Below are positions 12,830-25,393 of a stretch of 64,000 bases of DNA, piece after piece. The DNA is from Chiloscyllium plagiosum. Lineage: Eukaryota. Position numbers and translations under genes: made by a program. The notes beneath the pieces were generated by a model. The model saw only the letters and a program-made list of their open reading frames with translations. It had not been told where the DNA came from and did not search any database. Where the stretch lies: assembly GCF_004010195.1 (NCBI RefSeq), contig NC_057718.1, forward strand, positions 68,434,401 through 68,498,400, written 5' to 3'. Position 1 is the stretch's first letter; each line of letters begins with the position of its first letter.

Positions 12830-14335
12830 AGACTAGAGTGCAGATGAACATGTAGCTGCAGGGCTGCTGCAGGAGGGAAGGCTTCAGATATGTGGATCAT
12901 TGGGATACCTTCTTGGGAAGGTGGGACCTGTGCAAGAAGGATGGGTTGCACCTGAACTGAAGGAGCACCAATATCCTGGGCAGGAGGTTGCTGGAGCTCT
13001 TTGGGAGGGTTGAAACTAGATTGGCAGGGGGGGGTGGGAACTTGAGCTAAGGATCAGGTGACGGCATAAGTAGTGAATAGCCAGATAGTGTGCAGAGACT
13101 TTACAAGGAGGGATTGGGACTTGATAGGGCAAAGATACAGTCAGTGTGATGGATTGAAGTGTGTCTCTTTTAATGCAAGAAGCATCAGGAAAAAGGGTAA
13201 CAAACTCAGCATGGATCAGTACCTTGAATTATTATGTTGTGTGGCCATTACAGAGCCTTGGATATGATAGGGGTAGGAATGGTTGTTGGGTGTTCCAGGT
13301 TTTAGATGTTTCAAAACGAATGGTGGGTTGGTAGTGGATGGAAAGCATTCAGCCTGGAGCTTGGTAGTCAATGATGTTGCGTAGGGATTGGTTCTGGGAC
13401 CTCTGATCTTTGTGATTTTTATAAATGACTTTGATGAGGAAGTGAAAGGGCAGGTTAGTAAGTTTGCTGATGACATGAAGGTTGGAGGGGTTGCGAATAG
13501 TGTTGAGGGCTGTTATAGGTTAAAATGGGACATTGACAGGATGCAGAACCGGGCTGATAAGTGGCAGATGGAGTTCAACCTGGAAAAGTAGAATTTGAAT
13601 GCAGAATATAAGTTTAAAGGCAGAAATCTTGGCAGTGTAAGTAACAGAGGGATCTTGGGATACATGTCCATAGATCCAGCGAAGTTGCCACACAGGTTGA
13701 TAGGGTTGTTAAGGAGGTGTATGGCGTGTTGGTTTTCATTAGCAGGGTATTGAGTTTAAGAGCCGTGAAGTTATGCCACAGCTCTATAAAGTCCTGGTTA
13801 GAGCACACTTGGAATATGATGTTCAGTTCTGGTCGCCTCATTCGAGGAAAGATGTGGAAGCTTTAGAGAGGGTGCACAGGAGATTTACCAGGATGCCGCC
13901 TCGACTGGAGAGCATGTCTTATGAAGAAAGGTTGAGCGAGATAGGGCTTTTCTCATTGGAGCGAAGAAGGATGAGAGGTGACTTGATGGAGATGTTCAAG
14001 ATGTTGAGAGGCATAGATAGAGTGGATAACCAGAAACATTTTCCAATAGCGGAAATGTCTATCACGTGGGGGCATAATTTTAAGGTAATTGGGGAAAGAT
14101 TTAGGAGAGATGTCAGAGGTAGATTCTTTACTCAGAAAGTGGTTGGTGTTTGGAATGCATTGCCAGCAGTGACAGTAGAGTCCGATATGAGGGACATTTA
14201 TGCGACTCTTGGATAGGCACATGGAAGATAGTACAATGAGGGGATGTAGATTAGTCTGATCTTAGAGTATGATAAAAGACTGGCACAACATCGAGGACCG
14301 AAGGTCCCTGTACTGTGCTGTACTGTTCTATGTTC
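12830..14335 (+). mobile_element. CR1 LINE with a large internal deletion (ORF1 esterase end and APE start joined to RT C-terminus)
   Basis: DHWDTF...KKDGLHLN (SGNH esterase), LKCVSFNARSI (APE), jump near 13320 to VLGPLIFVIFIND...SKFADD, tgttcta tail. Confidence 0.88.
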
Positions 14336-14519
14336 ACTGATTTTTCTGCAAAGGTAAATAATAGGACCTTCCCATCGACTCTATCCAGGCTCCTCACAAT
14401 TTATACAGCTCAATAAAATCCGCTGTTCAAGGAAAATAACATTGCTTATCCAATGTTTCCTCATTGCTGAATTATAATACCTCCTCCCTGGCAATGATCA
14501 AAGGTAGTTCCCTCCTTTG

Positions 14520-14645
14520 AGGAGAAAGTGAGGACTGCAGATGCTGGAGATCAGAGCTGAAAATGTGTTGCTGGAACAGCGCAGCAGGTCAGGCAGCATC
14601 CAAGGATCAGGAGAATCAACGTTTCGGGCATAAGCCCTTCTTTAG
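14520..14645 (-). mobile_element. Penelope-like pLTR, about 125 bp
   Basis: aggagaaagtgaggactgcagatgctgg...cgtttcgggcataagcccttc. Confidence 0.85.
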
Positions 14646-15157
14646 GAGGTCTAGGTTCAGATGCAAGTGGAGAGGGTTGTGGCAATTTTGGGCTCTGGGA
14701 TTTTGCTAAGTGTTTGGAGTTGAAGGGGAACTTGCATGCTCCATGGGATTCATTATTGTTGAGACTACTGATGAATTCTTCTCACACTGCTGATATGAAA
14801 GTCCAAATGTCCCATATGTCTAATACAAATATAGAAGGTAATATTACTAAGTGACTGCATTAGGTAATAAATAAGTAATTTAGAATGAAAAGATAGCCCT
14901 CAACAGGACCTTCTTACAAAAAAACGTGCCCTGCTTTCAACCACACATGTATGCCAGACCATCTATTTCCACCTTTGTTACATAGCCTGATTCTGTCCAA
15001 ACCTCATCCCAGTTGCCGCTGAAATCCTCATATATCTTTACTACTTGATTATTCACTCCACTCACACCCATGTTCCCATGATCTACCCTCTTGCATCCAA
15101 AATCTTGTTGTTCATGTTGTAACTCTAATTATATCACATTCGCCCATCATCAATTGT

Positions 15158-15467
15158 GGGTGGCACAGTGGCACAGTGGTTAGCACTGCTGCCTCACAGC
15201 ACCAGAGACCCGGGTTCAATTCCCACCTCAGGTGACTGACTCTGTAGAGTTTGCATGTTCTCCCCGTATCTGCGTGGGTTTCCTCCGGGTGCTCCGGTTT
15301 CCTCCCACAGTCCAAAGATCTGCAGGTCAGGTGAATTGGCCATGCTAAATTGTCCGTAGTGTTAGGTAAGGGGTACATGTAGGGGTATGGGTGGGTTTCG
15401 CTTCGGCGGGTCGGTGTGGACTTGTTGGGCCGAAGGCCTGTTTCCACACTGTGTAATCTAATCTAAT
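15158..15467 (+). mobile_element. HE1 V-SINE
   Basis: tRNA-derived head (A box TGGCACAGTGG, B box GGTTCAATTCC), V-domain, CR1-derived tail with TCTAA repeats. Confidence 0.92.
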
Positions 15468-16111
15468 CATCCCTGTGCTCAGTGATCTCCACTGGTTCTT
15501 GGTTAAGCAGTTTTGAGTTTAGAATTGTAATTCTCATTTTCAGATTCAGATTCCTTCATGGCTTCACCCCCCTCAATTCCTAATTTTAATTGCTGTACTT
15601 TTGGGGGTATCTTCTGGTTCCATCGAAAAGCTTTTGATTTGCTTCATTAAACCTCACTATATCTCAATATCACTGTCCTACTTTAAAGTACTCATCAAAC
15701 TTGATCATCCACCAAATCTTTCAGTCACTATGTCCCTGTGGAAATACTTTAGGAGGTTTTAAAATACCCTTTCCCAAGTTGGAATCTTGCACCCTTCTCA
15801 CCATCTTAAAGCTTAATTTAACCCATCTTGGTTCTGTTGCCTACCTGTTCTCAGTGAAAATAATTTACTTATGTTAATCTTCCTGCAAGTACTAAAATTA
15901 CCTTTATCCTCCTTCCCCAACCGCACTCAGTCTGAAGTAAGCAATTTCAGAAATGTATATAGTAATTCAAATATGACCTTACCAAACAAGTTATAGAAGC
16001 TTAAAATGATCTTTTTATAGTTTCATACTTTGAAAGGTTAGGCTTGTATTGGAGCATAGAAATTAGGAGCAGAAGCAGGAGTAGGAGTAGGCAATTCAGC
16101 AAAGAGTTGTT

Positions 16112-16760
16112 GAGTCATAGAGCACGGAAACCCTTCAGTCCAACTCCGCCATGCTGACCAGACATCCCAATTTGACTTTGTCCCATTTACCAGCGTTTGG
16201 CCATAGCCCTCTAAACCCTCCCTATTCATATATCCATCTCGATGCCTTTTAAATGTCGTATTCATACCCATCTCCACCACTTCCTCTGGCAATTCATTCC
16301 ATATATTACAACCCTCTGTGTGAAAACCTTCCCCCTCAATTCATTTTAAATCTTTCTCCTCTTATTTTAAACTAGTGCTCTCGTTTTGCACTCCCCCATC
16401 CTAAGAAAAAGACCTTGACTATTCAACCTATTCATGCCCCTCATGATTTTATAACCTCTATAAGATCACCATTCAGCCTCTGATGCTCCAGGGAATAAAG
16501 CCTCATTTGTCCCTATAGCTCAAGACCTCCAGTCCCAGCAACATCCTTGTAAATCTTTTTGCACCCTTCCAGGCTTAACAGCATCTTTTCTACAGAAGGG
16601 TGACCAGAATTGTATACAGTATTCTAGAAGTGGCCTCACCGATGTCTTGTGCAGCTATAACATGACATCCCAACTCCTATAATCGATGCACTGACCAATG
16701 AAGGCATGCTTACCTTCACCACCCTGTCTACATGCAATTCCACTTACAAGGGACAGTATC
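16112..16760 (-). mobile_element. CR1 3'-end fragment
   Basis: Tail gagtcatagag and RT C-terminal homology. Confidence 0.82.
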
Positions 16761-16948
16761 AAGTCCTTTGAGGCCACTTGCCATTTGACTAAATTATGGG
16801 TGATCTAATCCTGGTCTCAACTCCAGTTCCTGCCTTTTCTCCATAGCCCTTTATCCTGCTTTTCATCAGAAACATGTCTTTTTCTTTCTTGAATCAGTTG
16901 ATTGATTCTGCCTCCACAGCACTCTGGGGCAGAGAGTTTCACAGATTT

Positions 16949-17269
16949 GGGTGGCACGGTGGCACAGTGGTTAGCACTGCTGCCTCACAGTGCCAGAGAC
17001 CCGGGTTCAATTCCCGCCTCAGGCGACTGACTGTGTGGAGTTTGCACATTCTCCCCGTGTCTGCGTGGGTTTCCTCCGGGTGCTCCGGTTTCCTCCCTCA
17101 GTCCAAAGATGTGCAGGTCAGGTGAATTGGCCATGCTAAATTGCCCGTAGTGTTAGGTAAGGGGTAAATGTAGGGGTATGGGTAGGTTGCGCGTCGCTGT
17201 GGACTTGTTGGGCCGAAGGGCCTGTTTCCACACTGTAATGTAATGTAATCTAATCTAATCTAATCTAAT
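16949..17269 (+). mobile_element. HE1 V-SINE
   Basis: Same head, V-domain and tail as 15158-15467. Confidence 0.92.
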
Positions 17270-18155
17270 AGTCCTCTGAGTGAAATAGTTTCTCCTCACC
17301 TCCATTTTGAACCTACCTCCTCTCACTCTCCATATATGACCTCTTGTTCTAGACTCATGTTTGTTAGTAATGCTCATCAACAAGTATGCCCCAATTATTT
17401 TCCTTTTCCTAATGTGTACAGGAAAAGTATAGTTGCAGAAAAATTTATCTTATGACTTGGAACCTCTGTCCAATTCACATTTAGTTGTTGCCAATTTTCC
17501 ATGCCACAAAAATCTTGTTCAAGTATTTCATTGATCACTGGAGTCTCACAATTAGTTTAGATTGTGTTTAGTCTGTGATAGTTAATACCAAAGCATCTTG
17601 AATTATTATGGTAGTTTATAAATAATCAAATTGTCCTATTAAATAGAATTTTTTGCCAAATGTTTTAATCCTGTGAACACAATCTTTGTGTGGTGCAAGA
17701 ATGATTATTGTCTGCATATGATATTAACTATGAAAACAAAAAGCTAAATTTCCTCATTGTAAAGATTCAGAAAATACTGGAGTTAGTAGTGAATTACTTT
17801 GTTGTTTTGAATCACGTGAGTAATATTTGTAGTGGTCACGCATCAAAAGTTATTGATTACTCTTTAATTTTATTTAGTGAAAGCAGTCAGCTAAATAACA
17901 TTTGAAGAAATGTAGTTTTAAGGTCTAATTGATTGTAATAACCTTTATTTTCAAATGTGGCAGCATGTTTCTGTAGAACTGCTTTAAATTGGCAAAATTA
18001 ATTTCCATATATTCCTAATATATAAGGCAAATCTTAATAAATATGGAAGGGAGATAGAAATGTTTTTGGAAAGCTCACATTATGGATAATTTACCCCGCA
18101 TTAGCTTTTGTTGCACCGAATGACTGTAAATTAATTCTGCCTTGGAAATTATTTG

Positions 18156-18757
18156 GGGTAGAGTGGTGCTGGAAAAGCACAGGAGTTCAGGCAGCATCCG
18201 AGTAGCAGGAAAATCGACGTTTCGGGCAAAAGCCCTTCATCTGGAATACAGGCAGAGTGCCTGAAGGATGGAGAGATAAATGAGAGGAGGGTGGGGATGG
18301 GGGGAAAGTAGCATAGAGTACAATAGGTGAGAGGGGGAAGAGATGAAGGTGATAGGTCAGGGAGGAGGGTGGTGGAAGGTAGCAGAGTACAATGGGTGAT
18401 GGGGCTGGGATGAAGGTGATAGGTCAGAGAGGAGGGTGGAGTGGATAGATGGAAAAGAAGATAGGCTGGTAAGACAGGTCATGGGGACGGTGCTGAGCTG
18501 GAAGTTTGGAACTGGGGTGAGGTGGGGGAAGAGGAAATGAGGAAACTGGTGAAGTCCACATTGATGCCCTGGGGTTGAAGTGTTCCTAGATGGAAGATGG
18601 GGCGTTCTTCCTCCAGGCGTCGGGTGGTGAGGGAGCGGCAGTGAAGGAAGCCCAGGGCCTCCATGGCTGAGCAGGAGGGGGAGTTGAAATGTTCGGCCAC
18701 AGGGCGGTGTGTTTGATTGGTGCGGGTGTCCCAGAGATGTTCCCTAAAGTGCTCTGC
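18156..18757 (-). mobile_element. 5'-truncated Penelope-like element (GIY-YIG C-terminal part, 3' UTR, pLTR)
   Basis: ORF AEHFNSPS...RRLEEERPIFHLGTLQPQGINVDF. Imperfect TSD of about 20 bp at 18136-18155 and 18753-18773. Confidence 0.88.
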
Positions 18758-19382
18758 TTTGAGAAATTATTTGCCCAATTGCTTTGACTAATACATATGT
18801 AACTGAGCTGTCCAGACTAAAGTTCAACCCTGTTTATCTCAAAGTAACTCATCTCAGCCAGTTTCCTGTTTTTTGAATGCATTGTTTATAGAGAAAAGAA
18901 TGATATTATCAATAAAAACAAAGATTCAATAGATTGAATGACAATTCTTAAACCTTTATTCATTTCATATCAACACTAATGAAAACTTATATTTAAAATC
19001 TTTCAAATATTGATTTCCAACCTTGCACTTTGCATCCATGCTGTATCCACACTTCCTCCTTTATTTATCGGAGGTATTTATTCATGGTCAGCTAATAAAT
19101 GGACAGTTAAGCATATTCCTTTTTTTAAAGATGCAATATGTTATTATCTTCACATGGTCTTTAGTTTTAGAATTTATCTGACTCCTTTAACCTATGAAGC
19201 AGTGATGGACTTGAGTGAAAAGCAATGTATGTACATAGCTTTCATGATACCTTGTAAACACTGCAATGATTTCCGTAAAGAAATTCAAATTCTCAACAGC
19301 AAAGTTGAGGGATCACACAACAAAGGTTAAGTTCAAAAGTTTTTACTACAATAATCCATTTTGTTTTTAATTTATTCAAACA

Positions 19383-19495
19383 CTGGATGTAGGTTTGCTT
19401 GCTGAGCTGGAAGGTTTGTTTTCAGACGTTTCATCACCATACTAGGTAACATCATCAATGAGCCTCCGGATGAAGCACTGGTGGTATGGTCCACT
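19383..19495 (-). mobile_element. Second PLE-type terminal repeat family with a hammerhead-like motif
   Basis: Minus strand 19461-19422 reads UCA UUGAUGA U GUUACC-uaguau-GGUGAU GAA ACGU C UGA. Confidence 0.6.
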
Positions 19496-21664
19496 AAATT
19501 CTGATTGAACACTGAGCAGTTTATACTTTAAACTACAGAAAAAGTACTTTTTCTTTTTATTCTTTGCTTTATACCCCGTACCGTAGTTATACTTCACACT
19601 CCATATTAAATAGACATCCAACTCTCCTGGCACCAGTCAAAGCATTTACTCACTCCTTGGATTAACTTCTTTTCTTATTCTTAGTCAGCCTGGTAACCTG
19701 TAACCCCAGAACCCCTTTCATGTTTTGTACTTTTCTAGAGGTGTTCCATCCAATTTATGTTCCTTTAATTATATGCTCATGAATTTCTTCTGAATTCTTG
19801 GAAAATAAACTGTAGAGACTTGCCATCTCTATTTACTCCCCAGTTCTCTCTTACATTCTGGCAGACCTCTTGTGAAATTTACCATTACATGTCGAAGAAC
19901 TTTGCGAATAAAATCCTGAAGTACCTTTCCCTTTCAAAGCCCAAGTGCATGGTCATGTGAATTAAATGAATCTTGTAGCCAAATAGAAAATCTAATTAGC
20001 TATCCTTTAGACTCCCAATATAATTTTATCTTGAAGATAGCTGAAGTATAACTGTTTGCAAAACCTGACTTCAACACTTTCCTGGGACTTTGGGGCTAAT
20101 AGTCTATCCACTATTAGCACAATTGCTTTTGTTTTTGTGGACAAAGGGAAGCACTTTTTGTACCTGTTTCCCAGCAACGCGGCCACTTTGAATCTTTAAC
20201 TATCACACCGTCAAATTCACATAACCCTCTTCATTCTGCCATTTTAAATTTAAAATATAGTCCTAACAATAAATGGGTTGATAGAAGCCTCGCATTTGTA
20301 ATATTATTCTGTGTTACTCAACATGTTTTTCTTAAACTACTTATATAGTCAATATATATGAAGCTTGAATTTAAAATGTGAATAAATGGAGCTGATTGTT
20401 TAACTCAGCTTACTGCCTATGTGTTAATTGTTTGAGCTAGGGACATTCCAGAACGAGTGGTGTAAGTGGAAAAATTCTTGAATCAAATGGATTGTTAAAT
20501 GGATTACAGCATTTTGTTTTGCATGGTTCTGCTTGCAGTGAATGCTAAATCAGTTTTATAGGAGAGTACAAAGAACTTGCAAATGTGTTAATTTCATGCT
20601 CTGAAAATGAAGTTTACAGTTTTAGTTTTCTCCTGTTAATTTACTGTATCACTAATCTGCTCAATACATGTAAATTCTGCTAATATATTTATACAGGGAT
20701 TTACAGAATCCATGCATCTTGCGTATATCACAATTATTTTCCACTCATTGAGGAAAATAGTCTAGAGTGGACTGTTAAATGTGCTGAAATGAGAGCTGTT
20801 ATTGTCTGTAGCAATCATTTTGTTGTCAAGCTCAATAGTAGTATCATGCTATGCGATACAGATTGTTGTCACTATGAAGATGAGAGTTTGTTTTCATGGG
20901 GACTATGCAACTGCTACTTGTCAGTACCATTGTGAGCAAAAGATAGAAAATGAGAATGAATTAGTTTATTTCTTTATGTTGATTCTATCATTATCAGGTG
21001 CATAACTAACATAGCAGCTATATCCTTAAGGAATTGGTGATGCCAGTAATGATGGTAAAGTCCCTACCTCTGGACCAGGAGGCCTCCTCCAAGAGGTGTG
21101 TAATAACAACTCTGAAAAGGTCGATCAGAAAATATCTATTATTGAACTACTCTTAAGACATTGGTTTTAAGGGTCATGTGGCACAGTGGTAATGTCCTTT
21201 TGGACTAGCAGGAACAGGTTCAAGTCCCACCTGTCCTTGAAGTGTCGTAAGGCACGCTCTGGCTGAAGAATTCCCCCTCATCTCAGTTATGAACGGTCGC
21301 CCTTTCACTCTAAGGTTGTGCTGTCAGGTTCGAGTCTCTCCTATTAGTGGAAATTCCTTCTTTACATTCATTCTGTACAGAATTTTGTAAGTTTTAATGA
21401 GATCCTTTCTCATCCTTTTAAACTCCAAGTACAGACCCAAGATCGTTCTTCATATGACAAGCCCTTCATTCCTGGGATCATTCTTCTAAACCTTCTCTCG
21501 ACCCTGTCCAAAGCATGACATCCTTCCTTAGTTACGGGGCCCAGAAATTGCCCACAGTATTACATTTGTAGTCTGACCAGAGTCTTACATAGCTTCAGCA
21601 GTACATCTCTACTCTTGCATTCTTGCCCTCTTGAATTTAATGCTAGCACTTAAGTGTATAAATT

Positions 21665-22710
21665 AATTATTTGCTCATGGGACATTGGCATCGCTGGCTA
21701 CCCAGGATTTATTGTTTGTCCTAAGCTGCCCTTCAGAAGGTGAGCCTCCTTCTTGAACCGCTGCAATCCACATGCTGTAGGTTGACCCACAATGCCTCAG
21801 GGATAAAATTCAAGGATTTTGAACCGGAAGGAGTGGTGATATATTTCCAAGTCAGGATGGTGAGTGGCTTGGAGGGGATGTCTCAGGTGGTGGTGCTCCC
21901 ATGTATCTGCTGCACTTGTCCTTCCATTGGCCATGAATTTGGAAGGAACTTTCTAAGGATCTTTGAAATTCAGCAGTGCATACTGCTGCAACTGAGAGTG
22001 GATGCTTATAGATGTGATCTCAGTCAAGTGGACTATTTTGTCCTGGATGGTGGTGTTGGAGTTGCACTCACCCAGGCAAGTGAGAGGTATTCCATCACAC
22101 TCCTGACTAGTGCCTTGTACATGGTGGACAGAATTTGGGGCATCAGGAGTGAGTTACACTTCACAGTATTTGTAGCCTCTGACCTGCTTTTGCAGTCACT
22201 GTGTTTGTGTGATGGGTCCACTTGAGTTTCTGATCAATGGTAATTCCAAGGATGTTGATAGGTGGGGAATTCGGTGATGGTAACATTGTTGAATGTCAAG
22301 GGGCAATGGTTAAATTAGCATTTACGTGGTTCAAATGTTACTTCCAACTCGGAATCTAAAGCTGGATATTGTCCAGATCTTGTTGCATTTAAATGTGGAC
22401 TGCTCCAGTATCTGAGGAGTCATCTGAGCTGAACATTGTGCAACCATCAGTGAAGGTCCCCAGTTCTAACGTTATGATTGAGGGAAGGTCATTAATGAGG
22501 CAGATGAAAATGGTTGGTCCTTGAACACTATCCTGAGGAACTCCTGCAGAGATGCCCAGGACTGACCTCCAACACCCATAATCATCTTTCTATGTGCCAG
22601 GTACAACTCCAACCAGCAGAGTATTTGACCCCTGAAACCCACTGATGCCAGTTTTGCTTGGGGCCCTTAATACCACACTTAGTCAAATGCAGCCTTGATG
22701 TCAAGAATTT
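21665..22710 (-). mobile_element. L2/Crack-type LINE 3' part (RT C-terminus and 3' UTR)
   Basis: ORF STMYKALVRSVMEYLSLAWVSA. Decayed GVPQDSVQGP-type motif near 22520-22545. 3' UTR differs from CR1. Confidence 0.7.
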
Positions 22711-23189
22711 TCACTCACTGTCGTCCCTTTCCCACCTCAGTTAAAGCAAAATGCTCAGAGATACCTCCTTCATCTTTATTCCGGGCCCTGGAGGGAGAGA
22801 GAACAATCGCCTGTGTGCACAGAGACATGAGTTCTTGGCCTTCTCTCGAACAGCAGTTTCTTAATGAATTATATAGTCATTCTACAGGGAGGAGCATCCA
22901 GATAAGGCAATATACATATTAATTGGGTGACCGTTACAATCAGCAAGTGTCAAAAGTAAAAATTAAGTCTTCTGGCATTATACAATGAATAACTGGCTTC
23001 ACAAAATGAAGACTTTTCACCTTGTTAACTGACTTTACATACTGAATGCATCTTCATCTTGTTAAATGGCTCCACGTAATGAATGCTTTTCCACCTTGTT
23101 AACCCACTACCCTTGCCTCCAGCACCTCATTGTTTACTGCAAGTTTGTTTGACCTGAAGTCATGAGACTGATTTGATGTTTTTACTGTC

Positions 23190-24765
23190 ACATGTTCCTA
23201 GAGACAGTGAAAAGTTTTGTTTTGCATGCATTTCAGGCAGTTCATACCATAAAAAGTGCTATAGGGTAATAGAACAGAGCAAAGAATGCAATGTTACAGC
23301 TGTAGAGAAGGTACACAAAGAATGAAATGAACGTTAAATTTAAAATTTGAGAGGTCTATTTAGGAGGCTACTAAAAGTGAGAAAGAAGCTGTTCTTGAAC
23401 CTTTTGGTCTGAGTGTTTAAGCTTTAGTATCTTCTGCTTGATGGAAGAGATTGGAAGAGATTATAACTGGGGTGGTAAGGGTCTTTGATTATGTTGGCTG
23501 CTTTCCCAAGGCAACAAGAAGTATGGATGAAAGGTTGGCTTGGGTGAGGGACTGGACTGTGTTCACAACTATCTGTAGTTTTTGATACATCTGGGCAGAC
23601 CAGTTGCCATACCAAGGTGTGATACATCCGGATAGAATGGATTCTATGGTGCAGCTATCAAAACAATTGGAAGTATTTATGTATAGGCCAAATTTCCTTA
23701 GCCTTCTGAGGAAGTAGAGGCATTGTTGTGTTTTCTTGACCATCGCATCAACATGGATGAACCAGTCCAGATTATCACTCTTAGGAACTTGATGCATTCG
23801 ACCATCACTCTATATCATTGATGGAGGGAGGGGCATGCCATCCACCTTCCTTCCTGAAATCAAAGCCCAGCTTGTTTGTTTTGCTGATTTTGAGGGAGAG
23901 ATTGTTAGAGTGTTTGGTGGCATGGTGAAAAGCTATCTCTTGCCTGTATTCTGTCCCTTGTTTGAGATCCGGCCTATAACAGCCATGTTGTCATCAAACT
24001 TGTAGGTGCAGTTAGGATGAAATTTGGGTGCACAGTCATGAAAGTGCAGGGAGTATAGTTCAGGGGCTGAGTATGCAGACTTGTGGGTGCCGGTGTTGAG
24101 TATTATCGTGGAGGAAGTGTTGTCGCCTATTCTCACTTATTTGTGATCTGTGGTCAGGAGATTGAGGATCCTGTTGCAGAGGTTGAATTGGAAACCCAGG
24201 TCTTGGAGTTTGGAGATTAGTTTGGAATTATGGTGTTTAAGCCAGAGCTGTAATCAATAGGTAGGAGCCTGACATAGGTACCCTTGATATCCAGATATTC
24301 TAGGGATGAGTGTAGGGCCAGAGAGATGGCAACTGCCATAGAACTGTTGTGATGGCAGGTGAATTGCAAGGGATCAAGGCAGGCCATGACTAACCTCTCG
24401 CAATACTTCATATTTACGGAAGTCAGAGCCATTGGGCAGTAGTTATTGAGGTGTGCTGCATGAGTTTTCTTGGGCACCAGGATGATGGTGATCTTCTTTA
24501 AGCAGTTGGGTCTTTGGATTGTAGTAAGAAGAGATTAAAGATGTCAGCAAATACTCCTGCCACCTAATATGTGCAGGTTCAGAGTGCACGTGTGGGGACT
24601 CCACTTGGGCCAGTCTCTTTCCATGGATTCACACTCAAAATATCTGATCTGACATCTGCACGGGTGACTGAGGGAACAGGTGCATCCAAGGTTCTCAGGG
24701 CAGGTGACATCGTTTCACTGACCTGTTTAAAGCAAGGGTAAAATGCATTGAGTGCACCAGGGAGG
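23190..24765 (-). mobile_element. Rex1/Babar LINE fragment (RT)
   Basis: ORFs LNNYCPMALTS...DPLQF...AISLALHSSLEYLD...YVRLLPIDYSS, RIGDNTSSTIILNTG and LYFLRRLRKFG...TIESILSGCITPWYGN. Confidence 0.85.
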
Positions 24766-24769
24766 GATA

Positions 24770-25393
24770 TCTTCATTGGGTCCGGAATCAATGTTGAGAG
24801 CTCTCAGGGCATCTCTCTCCTGACTGTTTACCAGTGTGGTGTCACCTCAGCTGGGTCTGCCCTGCCTGTAGGACAGGGCATGTCCAAGTCTGGTGATGGT
24901 GTGATGGTGGTGTCTGGGACATTGGCTGTCTGTGAGGGATGATTCAGTGAGTCAGGTTGTTAATTAACCCCCCCCCCCAAGATCCTGATAAGGAGAGCTT
25001 TGCAGGGTTAGCAGGGCTTTCTCTGCTGTTGTCTTTTCCAGTGCTTAGGTCAATGTCAGGTGGCCTGTCCATTTTCATTTCTTTGTAACGATTCCTACAA
25101 CTGAGTGGCTTGCTAGGCCTTTCAGAGGGCACTTGGGAGTGAGCCACATTACTGTGGGTCTGGAATCCAATGTAGGTCAGACCAGGTGAGGATGGAATAT
25201 TTCCTTCCCTGAAGGACATTTGTGAGCCAGATGTGTTTTTCCGGCAATTAGTGACGGTTTTGTGGTCATGAGCAGATTCTTAATTGCAAATTTCACCATC
25301 TGTTGTGATAGGGTTTGAATTTGGGTCCCCAGAACGTTAGCTGAGTTCTGGATTAATAATCTAGCAATAAAACCACTAGGTCATTGCCTGCCC
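24770..25393 (-). mobile_element. LINE 5' end: tRNA-like head followed by a decayed APE endonuclease N-terminus
   Basis: Minus strand has A-box-like TGACCTAGTGG and decayed B-box AATTCAAACCC, then APE-like remnants (TES...NVPDTTIT...LNIDSGP) at about 24950-24780. Confidence 0.6.

Noticed and set aside
16949..17020. tRNA genes at the A-box/B-box motifs
   Set aside because: They are SINE heads followed by a V-domain and CR1-derived tail. The short tRNA-like pieces near 21175, 27200 and 47720 also look like decayed SINEs.
19700..21000. Repeat-poor AT-rich stretch as a conserved non-coding element
   Set aside because: Cannot be supported without cross-species alignment, and no distinctive motif is visible.
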